A program made the translations under genes and the position numbers. Under the pieces are notes generated by a model. The model searched no databases, was not told the DNA's origin, and worked only from the letters and a program-made list of their open reading frames with translations. Shown here piece by piece: positions 50,901 to 62,791 of a stretch of DNA of 62,791 bases. Position 1 is the first letter of the stretch; the number at the start of each line of letters is the position of its first letter. Source of the stretch: Mizuhopecten yessoensis (Eukaryota); NCBI RefSeq assembly GCF_002113885.1, contig NW_018407322.1:955224-1018014 (forward strand), in the 5' to 3' direction.

Positions 50901-51694
50901 CGGCTAAGTCGGGCGGCGCCCGATGAAATGCCCGTATATAAGAGGAAAGTGTCTAGGCATGATTATATCTCCGTATTATCTACAGTGTGATCGCGTTTAT
51001 CTACTTTGTCATCTGACCAGATTGTGTCAAATCTCAAAATAAATCAGTAAAACAAGACCGGATAGGATCGATAGCATATATATGTGTATATGGGAGAGTA
51101 AGGTGTTACTTTTCTTAGATATAGTGGTCAGAAGTGGTCAGGAGTGGACACGGTACAGACGCAAGACACTGTTCACAGCCATGAAACATATTGGTATATT
51201 AATGATCGCTACCTTTAGGCAAGAGATAATTATAAGTGCCCATTTGACGACGATATTACGTCAAGAACCATCGTGAGTATGAGTAAAGACGATCATGGTT
51301 TCGTATAGGTCCCGCATAGACAGGAGACAGAGAGCACAGAACGTGAACAAGACATAGAACTGAAAGGGTGGACATGAAACAGACGTAAAACGGATTGACA
51401 CGTGAAGGGTCCCAGTCTCTTTGAAAGTAGACAGTAATATAAGGCAAGGTCATGCAATGGGCTTGAACAGACAAGGCATATAGCTGACACACCCGTAATT
51501 AGGTATAGGTTCCTCGTGGACAATCCCTGCAGGTCGGGGATATAGAAAAGAATATATCTGCTGCAGCCCATTGCATGATTGAAGGAGGCCACTAATGTTT
51601 TGGGATGTTTACATTTCTCTTTCCTTCAAACTTTCTTTTGTTTCCTAGTGCACTGCTTTGCAATGTCTCATTTTTAGATTTTATGTTTATCGTT

Positions 51695-52035
51695 CACCCA
51701 GGTGAGGAAGACAATGGGTCAAGTCCCTTTGCCGTGACATGCCAAAGTCTTCAAAAAAGGTTAATGCTATTCTCTGCTTAACGTTCAGTAATTAGGAAAA
51801 TGGCAACAACTATTACACCTGTAGTCAGTATAATGTGACAGGGCGGATTGATAAGCTTGGTGCATTTGACACGATATTCCTGTGACATAGCAATATGAAG
51901 TCGGCATCAGATCCGCGCTATCACAGGGTAGCAATAACAACAACATACCCTGTCTCTAACGTAGATACATGCATGCATACATGGAGGCTCGTCCTCAAGA
52001 AACTTTAGTTGTTAATGGGAAGTTAACCAAACCAA
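51695..52035 (+). mobile_element. tRNA-derived SINE with a Meta (MESC) domain, BivaMeta-like, diverged
   Basis: B-box-like gggtcaagtccc, then gccgtgacatgccaaagtcttcaaaaaaggt, gcttaacgttcagtaattagg, the Meta core gtcagtataatgtgacagggcgg, and tail ttagttgttaatgggaagttaaccaaacc. Confidence 0.65.
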
Positions 52036-53079
52036 TTCCTCGTGCACAAGAATAAGGCTTGAAACGCCACACGTATACATACGTACCTCGTGGACGTGTG
52101 ACAGAGTGGATAAGGCCGTATTTACGTATAGGCCCTTCATGGACAAGCGTAAGATTTAACACGGCATATCTATGGTGGACAAGGGTAAGACTGGACCTGA
52201 CAGTAATTATTTATAGGTCCATCGGGAACAAGAGATAGAGTGGACATGATCATAGTTACGAACAGCTTTATCTTGAACAAGAGCAAGACTTGACACGACC
52301 ATAATTCGCACAAGTCTATTGTTGTTGGAGTGGCCTCAGCAACAGTTACAGTACACTACATTACTTTAGACTAATGGACGCTCGCTTGGTGGGGAAATAT
52401 TGTTGCCGTAAATGGAGACTCGACTCCAATGCTACTTGTAAGACCATCTTGTCCTCATCAATAATTCTTTCTCTTCCCTAGATCTGTCAGTATTTATAGG
52501 TTATTGCAGGACATTTTGTCTCCAGTCTGGTTACAAAAAATGGTCAACAAAAAGCTAAAAGCAAAGCTATGTCCAGGAAGTATCGACATAAAATGCTGTA
52601 CATATACAGCAAACAGCTGATGGACAAGTAATGTCGGATCGGAACGGTTATACAGCACACACTGATACAGTTGTATAGACGACTCCATTTGTGTTTGAGG
52701 TGCACTCCTTTTGGAGGCTCGATGTCAATTTTGTAGTTCACTAGGAGTTAAACATTACATCGAGTCCTAATAGATGTCAATTCATTTATTACACACCCAT
52801 TAACTTCAGATTTATGACGGATATTATGTCTAAGAACTGACTTAAATAAGAAAATGTACGACTCTATTGAAAAAAACTTTTTAATTGATTTTAGAACAGA
52901 TACATCAGAATGACTTGTTCAAACTAAATATGTCAACCGTATTGAGGTATTGGACAAAAAGAGTGTGTGAAACCTATTCAGACTCGGGTATCTTCATGAT
53001 ACACAGCAAAATACAAGTCTGCATGATAACTACCCTAGCATTACCCTGAAGTTTACAGGTCGATCGACTGCATTCAACC

Positions 53080-53395
53080 GGATAACTTGTCATTTGTAAG
53101 GCTGGACAGATCACACCCGTTCCTTAAGATAACTTGTCATTTGTAAGGCTGAACCGATCACATCTGTTCCTTAAGATAACCTGTCATGTGTATGGCTGAA
53201 CTAATCACACCCGTTCCCTAAGATAATAATAATAAATATAATATACAACATTTATTTAGCGCCCTACATAATTTGTAAAATTACTCTAAAGCGCTTTACC
53301 ACATATGGATAATTGTAATAGTTATACTTGTGAAAAAAAACAAAGGCTTCCAATAACTTGTCATATGTAGTGCTGAACCGATCATAACTGCTCCA
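53080..53395. repeat. 47-bp tandem repeat interrupted by an L2-type tail
   Basis: gataacttgtcatttgtaaggctg.ac.gatcacacccgttccttaa at 53081, 53128 and 53175; resumes at ~53353. Confidence 0.8.
53227..53352 (-). mobile_element. 3' end of an L2-clade LINE or L2-dependent SINE
   Basis: Minus strand reads aaagcgctttagag...tagggcgctaaataaatgttgtatattatatttattattatta, the typical L2 3' stem-loop plus (TTA)n tail. ATAA flanks both sides. Confidence 0.7.
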
Positions 53396-54419
53396 CAGCT
53401 AACCTGCAACTTATTGGGTTAAATATACCACTTATTGTTTCAATTCAGTCGACCTTAAATTTGCCATATTTGATACGAATAACGTGTACCAGATGAAGAC
53501 ATGAGTTTTGTCATACCAATCTAAAAAGGAAAGATACGTTCCAAAGCTCTATGTCTTTAACAGATCGGAGAATGTAGCGTTGTCATGCAACCTTAATATA
53601 GGAGTCATCTAGAAAATACCATATAATCCGTCCTTACGTCTATAGCTGTCATAGTTTGACATGTCAAGGAAAACATGTTTATCAAAAGAAACTCCGTAAA
53701 TTAATTGAATGTTTGGAAGATATGCACAGCATAAATAACAGAAATGTGATTATATCAGGAGGCAGTGACGGGCCTAATTTAAGCGTTCTGACGTGAAGGC
53801 GTCGGGTTTACGTGAAACGGGTCGATGAGGAATCTCCAGCACGAAAAGGGCATATTATGCAACCTTTAGTTTATTTAAAACCATAAACACGTTTCATTAC
53901 TCTTTAACATGGTTATTCTCTTAAGCTGCTTACGAGATAGTTGATTTTTTCTGTAACCAAAACAATTCGTCAATAAATCGACTTCTTGTTCCCCGGGCGT
54001 GAGCTGTCTTGGCAAGGATTGGCTTCATCCCCGGGGTATATAGGGTGTATTACTCGCCTGCGTAATTCGTTAAAGGAATTCACGACCTGTTAATCTTTAT
54101 ACCTAATAAATTATTTACAAGGAATCGCTGTAAGTGCCTCACCTTAATCTCTATCAGTACATGCATTGGAACTTTAGCACAGAGCTGTTATGGACTGATA
54201 AGGGAGAGGGCGCCTCATTCGTAACACACGTAAAACCGACCGGGTAGTTGCTTTGTCCCCTCCAAAAATGTTGTTAGCAAAGTAGGTACGGAAATACTAT
54301 TGAAAACAAAGACAGCATTTTGAGATTGCCATACAAAACTTCAGAAACGGAATAACATACATATTAAAACAACAAAAGAGTAACGAAATCCAAACAAAAA
54401 AGTAAGTACTTCGAACGCA

Positions 54420-54560
54420 AAACGATGACACTAGGGCAAAACATGAACAACGATTCACATGGAGACCATTGAAATATTATACCAAGAAAAATAAGACCAG
54501 GTGTACCAGAAGAGTAAGCGTCGTTTGCTTTATCAAGGACACCTGCTATGCTATATACAT
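54420..54560. mobile_element. Possible Penelope-like terminal-repeat fragment
   Basis: gaccaggtgtaccagaagagtaagcgtcgtttgc...acacctgctatg resembles a common molluscan PLE-associated end; from recall only. Confidence 0.35.
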
Positions 54561-54689
54561 GTGTAGATATATGAAATTATTTGGGAATTGAGCACCTCCT
54601 TCGGTATCAGTGTACTCATTAAACGGCAGGTACATACCTGTAGGCACAGTCAAACGCACAATGCAGAAAAAGCCTTTTATCAAACGGTT

Positions 54690-57600
54690 CAGTCAAGGTG
54701 GCGGAAGGTAATGTTCACGTTATTAGGAGACAATGTAAGTGGTATATAAGAAAGAGAACACTGAATTTTCAACAACATAGTTATTGATTGCCAATAAAAG
54801 CTCAAAATCGATATGAAAATATGAACAAATGATAGATTTACATGGGAACGTTTAAAAAAAGTACACGGATACCATTGAAAAGGGGATACGGGGATAAGAC
54901 CAGTGTCCGTATTCGTGAAAACAATACCATGCTCAAGTAAAGATTCTGTGCTCAAATCAACATTCTTGCAACTCGCTTAAATCACGTGACTCAGCCAAAA
55001 GGTCAAGTGTAAGTATTGAAAACGGTATTAGGCTTTTAGTCTCTCTAAAATTCTTTAAAATCCTTGACATAATGTGGAATTTTAATAATTCATAACCGGA
55101 AAAAGAAATAGGGCTTGAGCATGGAATCTGAGTTTGAGCGTATGAACGGAATCATGAACACGGGCACAGGTGTTTCAGAACAAGAACCAGGGTAGTGAAA
55201 TCAAATCTGTAAATCTCTTGTTATTTACATTCGTTTGGACACAATTATATACTTATCATACAAATCGTTATTTGAGGTTTGGACATCAGTGTTCAGAAAT
55301 ACAGCTCTTTTTGACTGATGAACCTGATAGGTTTAACCCACTCTGGGTGAACGTCGTCAACAAAATCCATCAGTATATTGAAATCCACATTCCTGTTAAA
55401 AGAAGAAATCTCAGGGTACTTAAAACACCTCATTGGAAGCTTTCGCTGCAGTGCTTTAAGATGGTCGATGACAATGACGGGAGGGATTGTGTTTTTGTTT
55501 TCTTTTCGTTGAATGAAAACTTTTGTCAATAATCCAAAACACCTACTCGTGTAGTATTCAGCTCTTCTCTACTTTTACGTTTGGTTCGACCAATGTTGCT
55601 GTTTAAATCCGAATGAAAAATTTGTATATTTCAATACTAGTTGTCGTCCTTCAGAAATCTGTCCAACCAAACCATCAAACGAGGACCTGTATTGGACCTT
55701 TCTCCATTCTTCTTCAATATTTTCAATATCTGGTCGATCTTTCACTTAGTGTCGACGTCACAGTGTACTTTCTAACGCTCATTTTTGCAAAACAAAAACC
55801 ACAACAAAAAACCCCGTTCTTTATCGGCCCATCAACGTAATCTTTGAGTTTGTGAACCAGGAAATCGTTTTGCCTCTGCCATTGGCTACGACTGATCGTA
55901 GCCACACCTAAACTCATGTTTCGTTTAACTGACTCATGTCTCATGCGATCGCCTATTTTAAATCTATATTGATACTTTCGGTTTTCCTTAATTTCGCGTT
56001 TTTTTCATACAGTTTCCTTTTATACATTCGTTGTCCAATCGAATTCTGAGTGTCATCAAAGATTTCTCTAGTCAAAAATCCGTTGATATCCGAATGCATC
56101 CTGGCATTGCGATTCTCGACTATACCAGGCAGCACGTCCTTTTTACCTCTACGTCTAGTTGGCATGGAAATACCTGTAAATTACCTTTTCAACTTGTCGA
56201 TGAACGATTCGGCAAACGCTGTTTTGTGGTCGCTGAGACCGCCCCACAAGTTATGCTAAGATTTTTACACGTTTTAAAAGAGCATGTGTTCATGTTCCTC
56301 TCTGTCGGACCTTATGGAGTTGGGTTAACGCTCTCTTAACACAGAAGGATAGGCGTGGTTGCTTTCTTGTCGATTGAAACTCAGGCCAGGAATACACGCT
56401 AATGGCCCCTACTAGGAGTAACAACACGTGGTTGTGTTCTATTATGATACTAACGTTGGCCAAATCCGAACCCAACATAATATTTACGCCATCAACGTGT
56501 ATCTTACGCGGTTTGATCTGTCGTCCCAGAAACACCTTCTTCAGGCTGTAACCGTCTGTGATTTTGTCTTCGCTGAATTTGTTCTTATTTTTTCCGTATT
56601 GCGACGTATACGCCGGAAAGTCCGGCAAACCCTCAAATGTGTGTTGGGTCGTAACTTAATTTAGTCATACAAAAATGTACGTATTTCGTGGTGTTTTTTT
56701 TTTATCTTTCTTTCTCTTTTTAACAACATCTATTTACCGGAGATGATATTGTCCTATGAGCAAATTTGTTCTTTGTACTTCACACAAATCAATCTAAGTA
56801 GTATCTGATGGCAGTAGCCCGTGTCTTTTGGAATGAAAAAAAGTAATAAACAGAACATTCTTAGTTTCTTGATTCATTACAGTTCGAACTAAGAACTCGA
56901 GAAAAATATCAAAATATTCATTTCATTTGCGAAATATAACAAAAAAGAATATCTGCTTCATGTATCTAAGTTGTGATGTGGTAACGTCGTCTAAGATTAA
57001 CCTAAACATACAAAACGTACTCCAAAGTTGGTTTGAAATACTGTCGATCTCCGCTTCTGTTGGACTACACATGAATGACATAGGCAGGGGATAATAACAA
57101 ATAACAAACATGACGGACAAAATACGACAGAACGTGATGACCTGATGTTACTACGAGCGCCAGTTTTGGTTTCCATGTCAACCATCAGAATGCCGCAGAG
57201 TATCGTCGTAAAAAATAGACTTCATAGTATTACCATAACATCATAGGTGACACCATTGATTGTATAATATTTAAGGGGTATGACTACCTGCTCATTGCTG
57301 CAGGTTGATACCGGAGTACGCAACAAGAGTCGGTTTATCCATACCGCGCGCCGCGGAATGCTGCTTTACGCTATACGAGCGGAGTGGGAATAGGACAACT
57401 CAGTGCAACTTTAACAAGTCAAGATAAGCGATTACTCTGACGCATGTACAGCAAATTATAAAACAAAAATCAATTTAATAGGAAACTTTCATGTTTTCTA
57501 AAGTTACTCTACATATCCTCTTTCTAAAACACTATGTACATCCAATCGATAGCCGGAGCTGCTGGAGTGCTACATGATGTATATTTTTTCAATAGTTTTT

Positions 57601-59540
57601 ACACGACATTGTCAAGTATTCTCAGTTTTTCATTTGGAATTTTAAAATTTGAATTCTAGGTGGATTGTCGCTTGAAGTACCGAGGTTCCGTTGGAATTCT
57701 CAGGGGGAAGAGCAGGGGAACTACCGGGCACGGTGAATTTGTAGATTGAAGGAAACTCCTTATATTCTTTATTCAACCTCGTTGTCAAAAATCAATCGCC
57801 GGAAATTGTGTTTGCAGTATATCATACCAATTCGGTTTCCTGGCTCCCGACCTTTCACAGCCTCCAAGGGTCGACCTCGTAAAAGTGGCACGCTTGTCAT
57901 ATAAAACGGCTTATTTCCGAGGACAATTATTGTTTTATACAGCAAATAACAAAATACAAAATGGAAAGAAGTAACTATTTATGTGTGTTGTAAAACGACT
58001 AGCATGTATGCTGCTCCTTCATTTAGATATTTTCTATTGATCAGGATCTCATTAGCTGAATTCTGCGTGTAATGCCTCATCTGACATTACATCTGTGCTA
58101 GCGCCTTTCATCCTAATGACGCAAGGGCCCAGGTCATTATGTCATAGGCACCGTCATTAACAACAGCTATGTTTTCATCCTAATAGGTTTGATATCACAG
58201 GTACTGCCATCGACAACTGAGGCCTTTCATCCTAGTACCGCAGGAGCTGAGGTTTGATATCGTTGTATGGGATATACACCTCAATGGGTCTTGAGACCAA
58301 TTTAATGAACTGCAAAACAGTTGATATTGAATTCATATTGAAAGAAAATTGGTCTCAAGATCCATTGAGGTTTATCCTTCTTAAACCTCATCAAAACATG
58401 GTTCAATCCTTAAGCTGAGGATTAAAAGTATGGTTCAGTCCTTTACCCCCGATCACAACCGTTTACTTCCCATTTTAGTTCCATACAAGCTGACGGCATA
58501 TATCTCTATCGTTCACCCCAGGCCTGTATCAAGACTTCGTGTCTAGCTAACTTTAACATATCGTGCCATGTCCCGGATGAAGAAACGTGACGATACCATT
58601 TTAATTTGGAACCAAATGCTTAGCGTTCCAGCACTGCCTATAATTACATTTGTAATAGAGTGATACAGATCGGTGACTGCTATACACATTATATAAAACA
58701 GGTGATCGTACTGCACGCTGTTCAGACTCGCATCGTTTTGTAATTTGGCCAAATAGTCGACAAAGGAACTCGGGGGAATTCAATAAACTGCCCCTTAACT
58801 ATAGCGTATACGATATATACGCCTTCCCTGAAAACCTACCTATTTACAGCAATGTAATTCAATAGAAATGTATCGACGCAGTAAATTAAATTCACAGAAT
58901 ATTCAACACGTAATTTTTTTAACAAAACACCGCTTTAGATCATTATACAGCCCGCATGACAACAAAATGTTACATCGATCAACGAATCTTTTGATTTCTG
59001 CTTCACATGGTCATAGATATGACGAGATATATATATAGCTATTGATCCTGTAGGCCTAGATGGGTACAGTGTTGTATACCTGGAGCGCATAAGCTATGAA
59101 GCTCGGATCCCTGCCTGGTAAACACAATTGTTTATGTGCTGCCTTATTGGGTTCGTGAGAGAGACACTGAAATAGAACACTTCTTGGCGTTACGGAGACC
59201 TTGTCATGTCTCTGCTGTCAATCTTGGAATTACGACATAGGATTGTTACGACATAGGTATGTTGCAGTAGATTAAATTGGTATACAATTATCACTTCCAC
59301 AATAGCAAAATCAATATTGTCCGTATTTTGTAAGAAGAGGTCGAGTTGAACAGTTTATTTTAACTTACATTTTAATAGGGCGTATTCGTGAAAGGAACAG
59401 TAAAGGTTATAAACCATTCGAAGATAATAGCGTCTGGCGTAGCCGTAAGAAGGGCGTTTGGAAGTCTCCAGACAGTACATCAGTTTTCACTGAGAACGTC
59501 AAGCCGCCGAGCAATTTTTAAGGCTCGGCTTCAAATCTCC
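54690..59540. mobile_element. Highly decayed probable ISL2EU (PIF/Harbinger superfamily) element: divergent YqaJ-like exonuclease (-) and THAP-DDE transposase (+)
   Basis: Plus strand: MTTC../AIRAEW/KISDYSDACTANY (57280-57459, THAP-like), LLSILELRHR (~59210), VWRSRK (59432), DSTSVFTE..PSN.KARLQ (59471-59534; compare DCTEIFIE.PSNL.A.AQ). Minus strand: KITDGYSLKK (~56550), EHGIVF...LIPVSP (54881-54934; compare CGLV...LGASPDG), FYWQ. Many stops and frameshifts; no TIRs found. Confidence 0.4.
58278..58371. repeat. Inverted repeat (26-bp arms, 1 mismatch, 42-bp spacer), possible MITE or Crypton-type remnant
   Basis: acctcaatgggtcttgagaccaattt (58278-58303) and aaattggtctcaagatccattgaggt (58346-58371). 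Confidence 0.8.
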
Positions 59541-59719
59541 GGTTTGTGTTTTAAGTGATGTCAGCCTCTTAGACTCGGTAGTGTATGATGATTTTGTCTG
59601 CGGAACGCTGTATTCTTGGCATAAAATTTAAGTCAAGTCCCCAGTAGGGATTAAGATGACTAATCAATGTATTGAACTTCACCATAGCTATCATAAAAAA
59701 ACAAGATAGTAAAAAATAT

Positions 59720-60115
59720 CAAATACCAGACACATCCCAATAAACCAAGCCAACATATCAGAAGCCTCATGCTAATCAAAAACAATATCTTATACCTGAC
59801 GTATCCTAATAAACAACGAAAACATCGAATACCAGACACATCCTAATAAACCAAGGCAACCTCGCATACCTGTACACCCTAACATACTAATTCAACATGA
59901 TACACCGGTACATCCTAATAAACCAATTAAACATCACATTTCACGAAGTTAAAATGACTTATCAGTACATCCTAATAAACCAATTCAACATCACTTTTCA
60001 CGAAGTCAAAATGACTTACCGGTACATCCTAATAAACCAATTCAACATCATATTTCACGAAGTCAACATGCCTTACCGGTTTATTATAATAAACCACTCC
60101 AACATCACATACCAC
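59720..60115. repeat. Degenerate tandem repeat (~57-bp unit at 59895-60110)
   Basis: catcctaataaaccaatt.aacatcac.tttcacgaagt.aaaatgactta repeated. Confidence 0.75.
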
Positions 60116-61697
60116 ACATATTAATTAGCAATCTCAACATAACATATTGATTCTGTGTGCGCGGATACTACAGCTAATTTAAGTCCCCTATCATTTTGGG
60201 AATCATTTAAGTCTCGCTGCTCCCGTCTAGACGATGGTATGGATGAGACCATATCAGTGTTTATCCTTTGTGTTTTCCATGAGTGGCGTCTCCGTGTCCA
60301 CCACTTATTGTCTGTACCGATTATCCCTACAAATTTAAAGCATAAGTTCCCTGAAATAGTATGTGATTTCGTTGTAATAAATTTCAATGATGGACCGAAC
60401 ATCTCATTTATTTTATTCATGTCGTTTTATATATCGATCATTCATTCCAGCAAATCGTAACATTCTCGTAAAACTTGTTTTCCATATTCAAATTTTCATC
60501 AAGCTGGGTCCTACATGCACTACAACTCTCTTCCCTATCTTGTCAATGCGGTTTTAATGTGACGCATCCGCATATAAAACAGTAATATCATTGTAGGAGT
60601 TCAGAATTGTGTAAGATCCAAATTATGATTAACGAGTCTCGGTGTTCCGCATATTTCACAGATATGTGGAATTATACAGAATGTCAGGGGGCTTAACGCG
60701 AAACGGATTCTACAAGATGGAGGAGTTTTGATGGCGCAGTAATGCAGTTCCATATATCCCTCATACACACCAACCTTGTCAGTTTTTAATCAAAAGTTTC
60801 TTTATGAAAGAATTTCAGACATCCAGGAACACATTATTTTTATCCAAGGAATTTCGATGTATTTCCAACCACGGAGTTGTGACCAGCATCAGCTTCCGGA
60901 TACCAAAGAGTTAGACAAAATCCGATCCACTTTTATTAATGTACCTCCCGGATAATAGCATATATGTTCCTTGACTAAATCGGACTCGTTTCAGTCTTCA
61001 AACTGTATATTTCTGTATTACTATTTTGGAGAAACTATTCGAATGATTTTGCGCCAATTTTCAATTAATGTAGGTAATCAGTAGCTTGTTACATACTCAA
61101 TCTTATGTTGAACGGTAAATACATTCATATTTATTATTGATTTTTTTGTGTGAATTAATTTCCAAAATTGTATCAGGCACAACTCGTGCCATGAACACTA
61201 AGTCGAGCATGAAAACGCGCGCCAATGTTTTAATATGATTAAACTGTCGTTCAACGAACCATCTAACTGTTTTGAGACCGACTCCTAAACAAAGCGGTTA
61301 GGTATATGTGGTTCTAGTGTAGTGATACATTCTGTGCGTAAACCGTGTAATACAAAGTTTCTTGTTGAAACTGTTTTCTTGGCTGGAATCGTCGGTTGTT
61401 ATTCATTAATTCATTAAGTCGATGCATTGAATACCCAATTCACGTAGCGACATTTAATTACATTAAATGACAATAATAGATGAGTGTCCAGTACAGGTTT
61501 ACATGTCCTATACACTAGGATGTAACAGGAAATAATATGTTCTTTGTTACGAATAATTTCATTGTCACAAAACCGAGAAACGTTCAATAATAAATTATTG
61601 TTTTTCACCAGTATTTGTCTCGTTCTGTTTTTAAATTGTTAATATTTTAAGCACACACAGCTAACTTTCCATAATTGCTGGTCAGTCGAAAACTTCT

Positions 61698-61785
61698 GTT
61701 TTCCTCCGCTTTTTCGAGAAAACGGGATAATTATTTATGTGCGCCCGTCTTATCGTTCATCTACATCTGTCAGTCTGTCTTTCAC
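61698..61785 (+). mobile_element. Possible HINE/DINE-1-like 5' terminus
   Basis: T-run, short hairpin ccgctttttcgagaaaacgg, then a degenerate (tctg)n microsatellite. Confidence 0.4.
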
Positions 61786-62569
61786 AGTTAAGGATCCATT
61801 TGTTATATGCCCCCCACCCCCTCCAAAAAAACAACGTTTACTTTCAATCACTTTTTAATTAAAGGCAAAACTCAGATTAAGTATGATCTCAGATTAGATA
61901 TATGTATAAATGATAATAATTAACGAAGTTAAGCAGTTCTGATTGGTTAATTGGTTTGTATTCAATAACGATTTCAACACAATTACATACATATAATGGC
62001 GAACATCAGTTCCATCATGAGAATAATGCGTGTATATTAACGCATTACTGATGATTAGGCTACCTCAATCTTATTGGTTAGGAGGTTCTGGAGCAATTAC
62101 TGCATGAAAATGGTTAAAGTTCAATAAAATTGGGAAACATGTCTTTGGTTTTCATAAATGATTTAAAAAGTGACGAATTTTGTAAAGACGTATTCGCATT
62201 GTAAACAACCATTTGTCCATCGAAAAAGACGTCAGATTTTATCCGGTAGGGCAATTTACGTAATGACAGTATCATTAGCACGTCGTAAACGTCGTTCTGT
62301 CCATCATAATTGTTTTGTTTGTTCATGGGAAGCAATTTGAAAACGCGGAAAAAGTTGAAAATATCATTTACTCGATATAATAAAGAACACCGCAGATAGG
62401 CATACATATTTAAATCAACTTCGTCAATATTAGCCATCCAAGATAACACCATTATTTTACGTGTATTGTCTGAACAGAACATAGTGTTATTTGAGACGTC
62501 AGATAATGATAAAGGTGTGTGTAAATATGGCGTCTGATAAGGATATATTTGTGATATTGATGTAAAATA

Positions 62570-62791
62570 ATGATACATTTGTTATATTGACGTAGAATAA
62601 GGATAAATTTGTTATATTGACGTAGAATAAGGATAAATTTGTTATATTGACGATAGATAAGGTAATATTATGATATTGACGTAGAATAAGGATACATTTG
62701 TTATATTGACGTTAGATAAGGATACATTTGTTATATTGACATTAGATAAGGATACATTTGTGATATTGACGTTAGATAAGGATACATTTGT
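62570..62791. repeat. 30-bp minisatellite (runs off the window end)
   Basis: Unit gttatattgacgt(ag/ta)..taaggat(a)(a/c)attt. Confidence 0.92.

Overview
This is AT-rich eukaryotic (animal) intergenic or intronic DNA. Its repeat families (Meta-domain SINE, Penelope-like RT, RTEX/CR1/L2 LINE ends, HINE-type ends) point to a mollusc, probably a bivalve; that assignment is inference. I found no host protein-coding gene, rRNA, functional tRNA or CRISPR array. The long ORFs in the track come from transposons or from tandem repeats whose unit length is a multiple of 3. The window holds about 20 unrelated minisatellite arrays (units 20-71 bp, many close to multiples of ~10.3 bp, several with higher-order structure). 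It also holds transposon copies: a non-LTR retrotransposon 3' end (1-1289), a complete but inactivated Tc1 DD34E element with perfect 26-bp TIRs (33572-35055), a decayed Penelope-like RT, short LINE/SINE remnants, a palindromic non-autonomous DNA element, and a very decayed probable ISL2EU/Harbinger element. The most notable object is a 426-bp miniature LTR retrotransposon (TRIM) at 30096-30521. Both of its LTRs contain a tRNA-Thr-like Pol III cassette, and it has a PBS-like site, a polypurine tract and a 4-bp TSD, matching the Helenus-type architecture.
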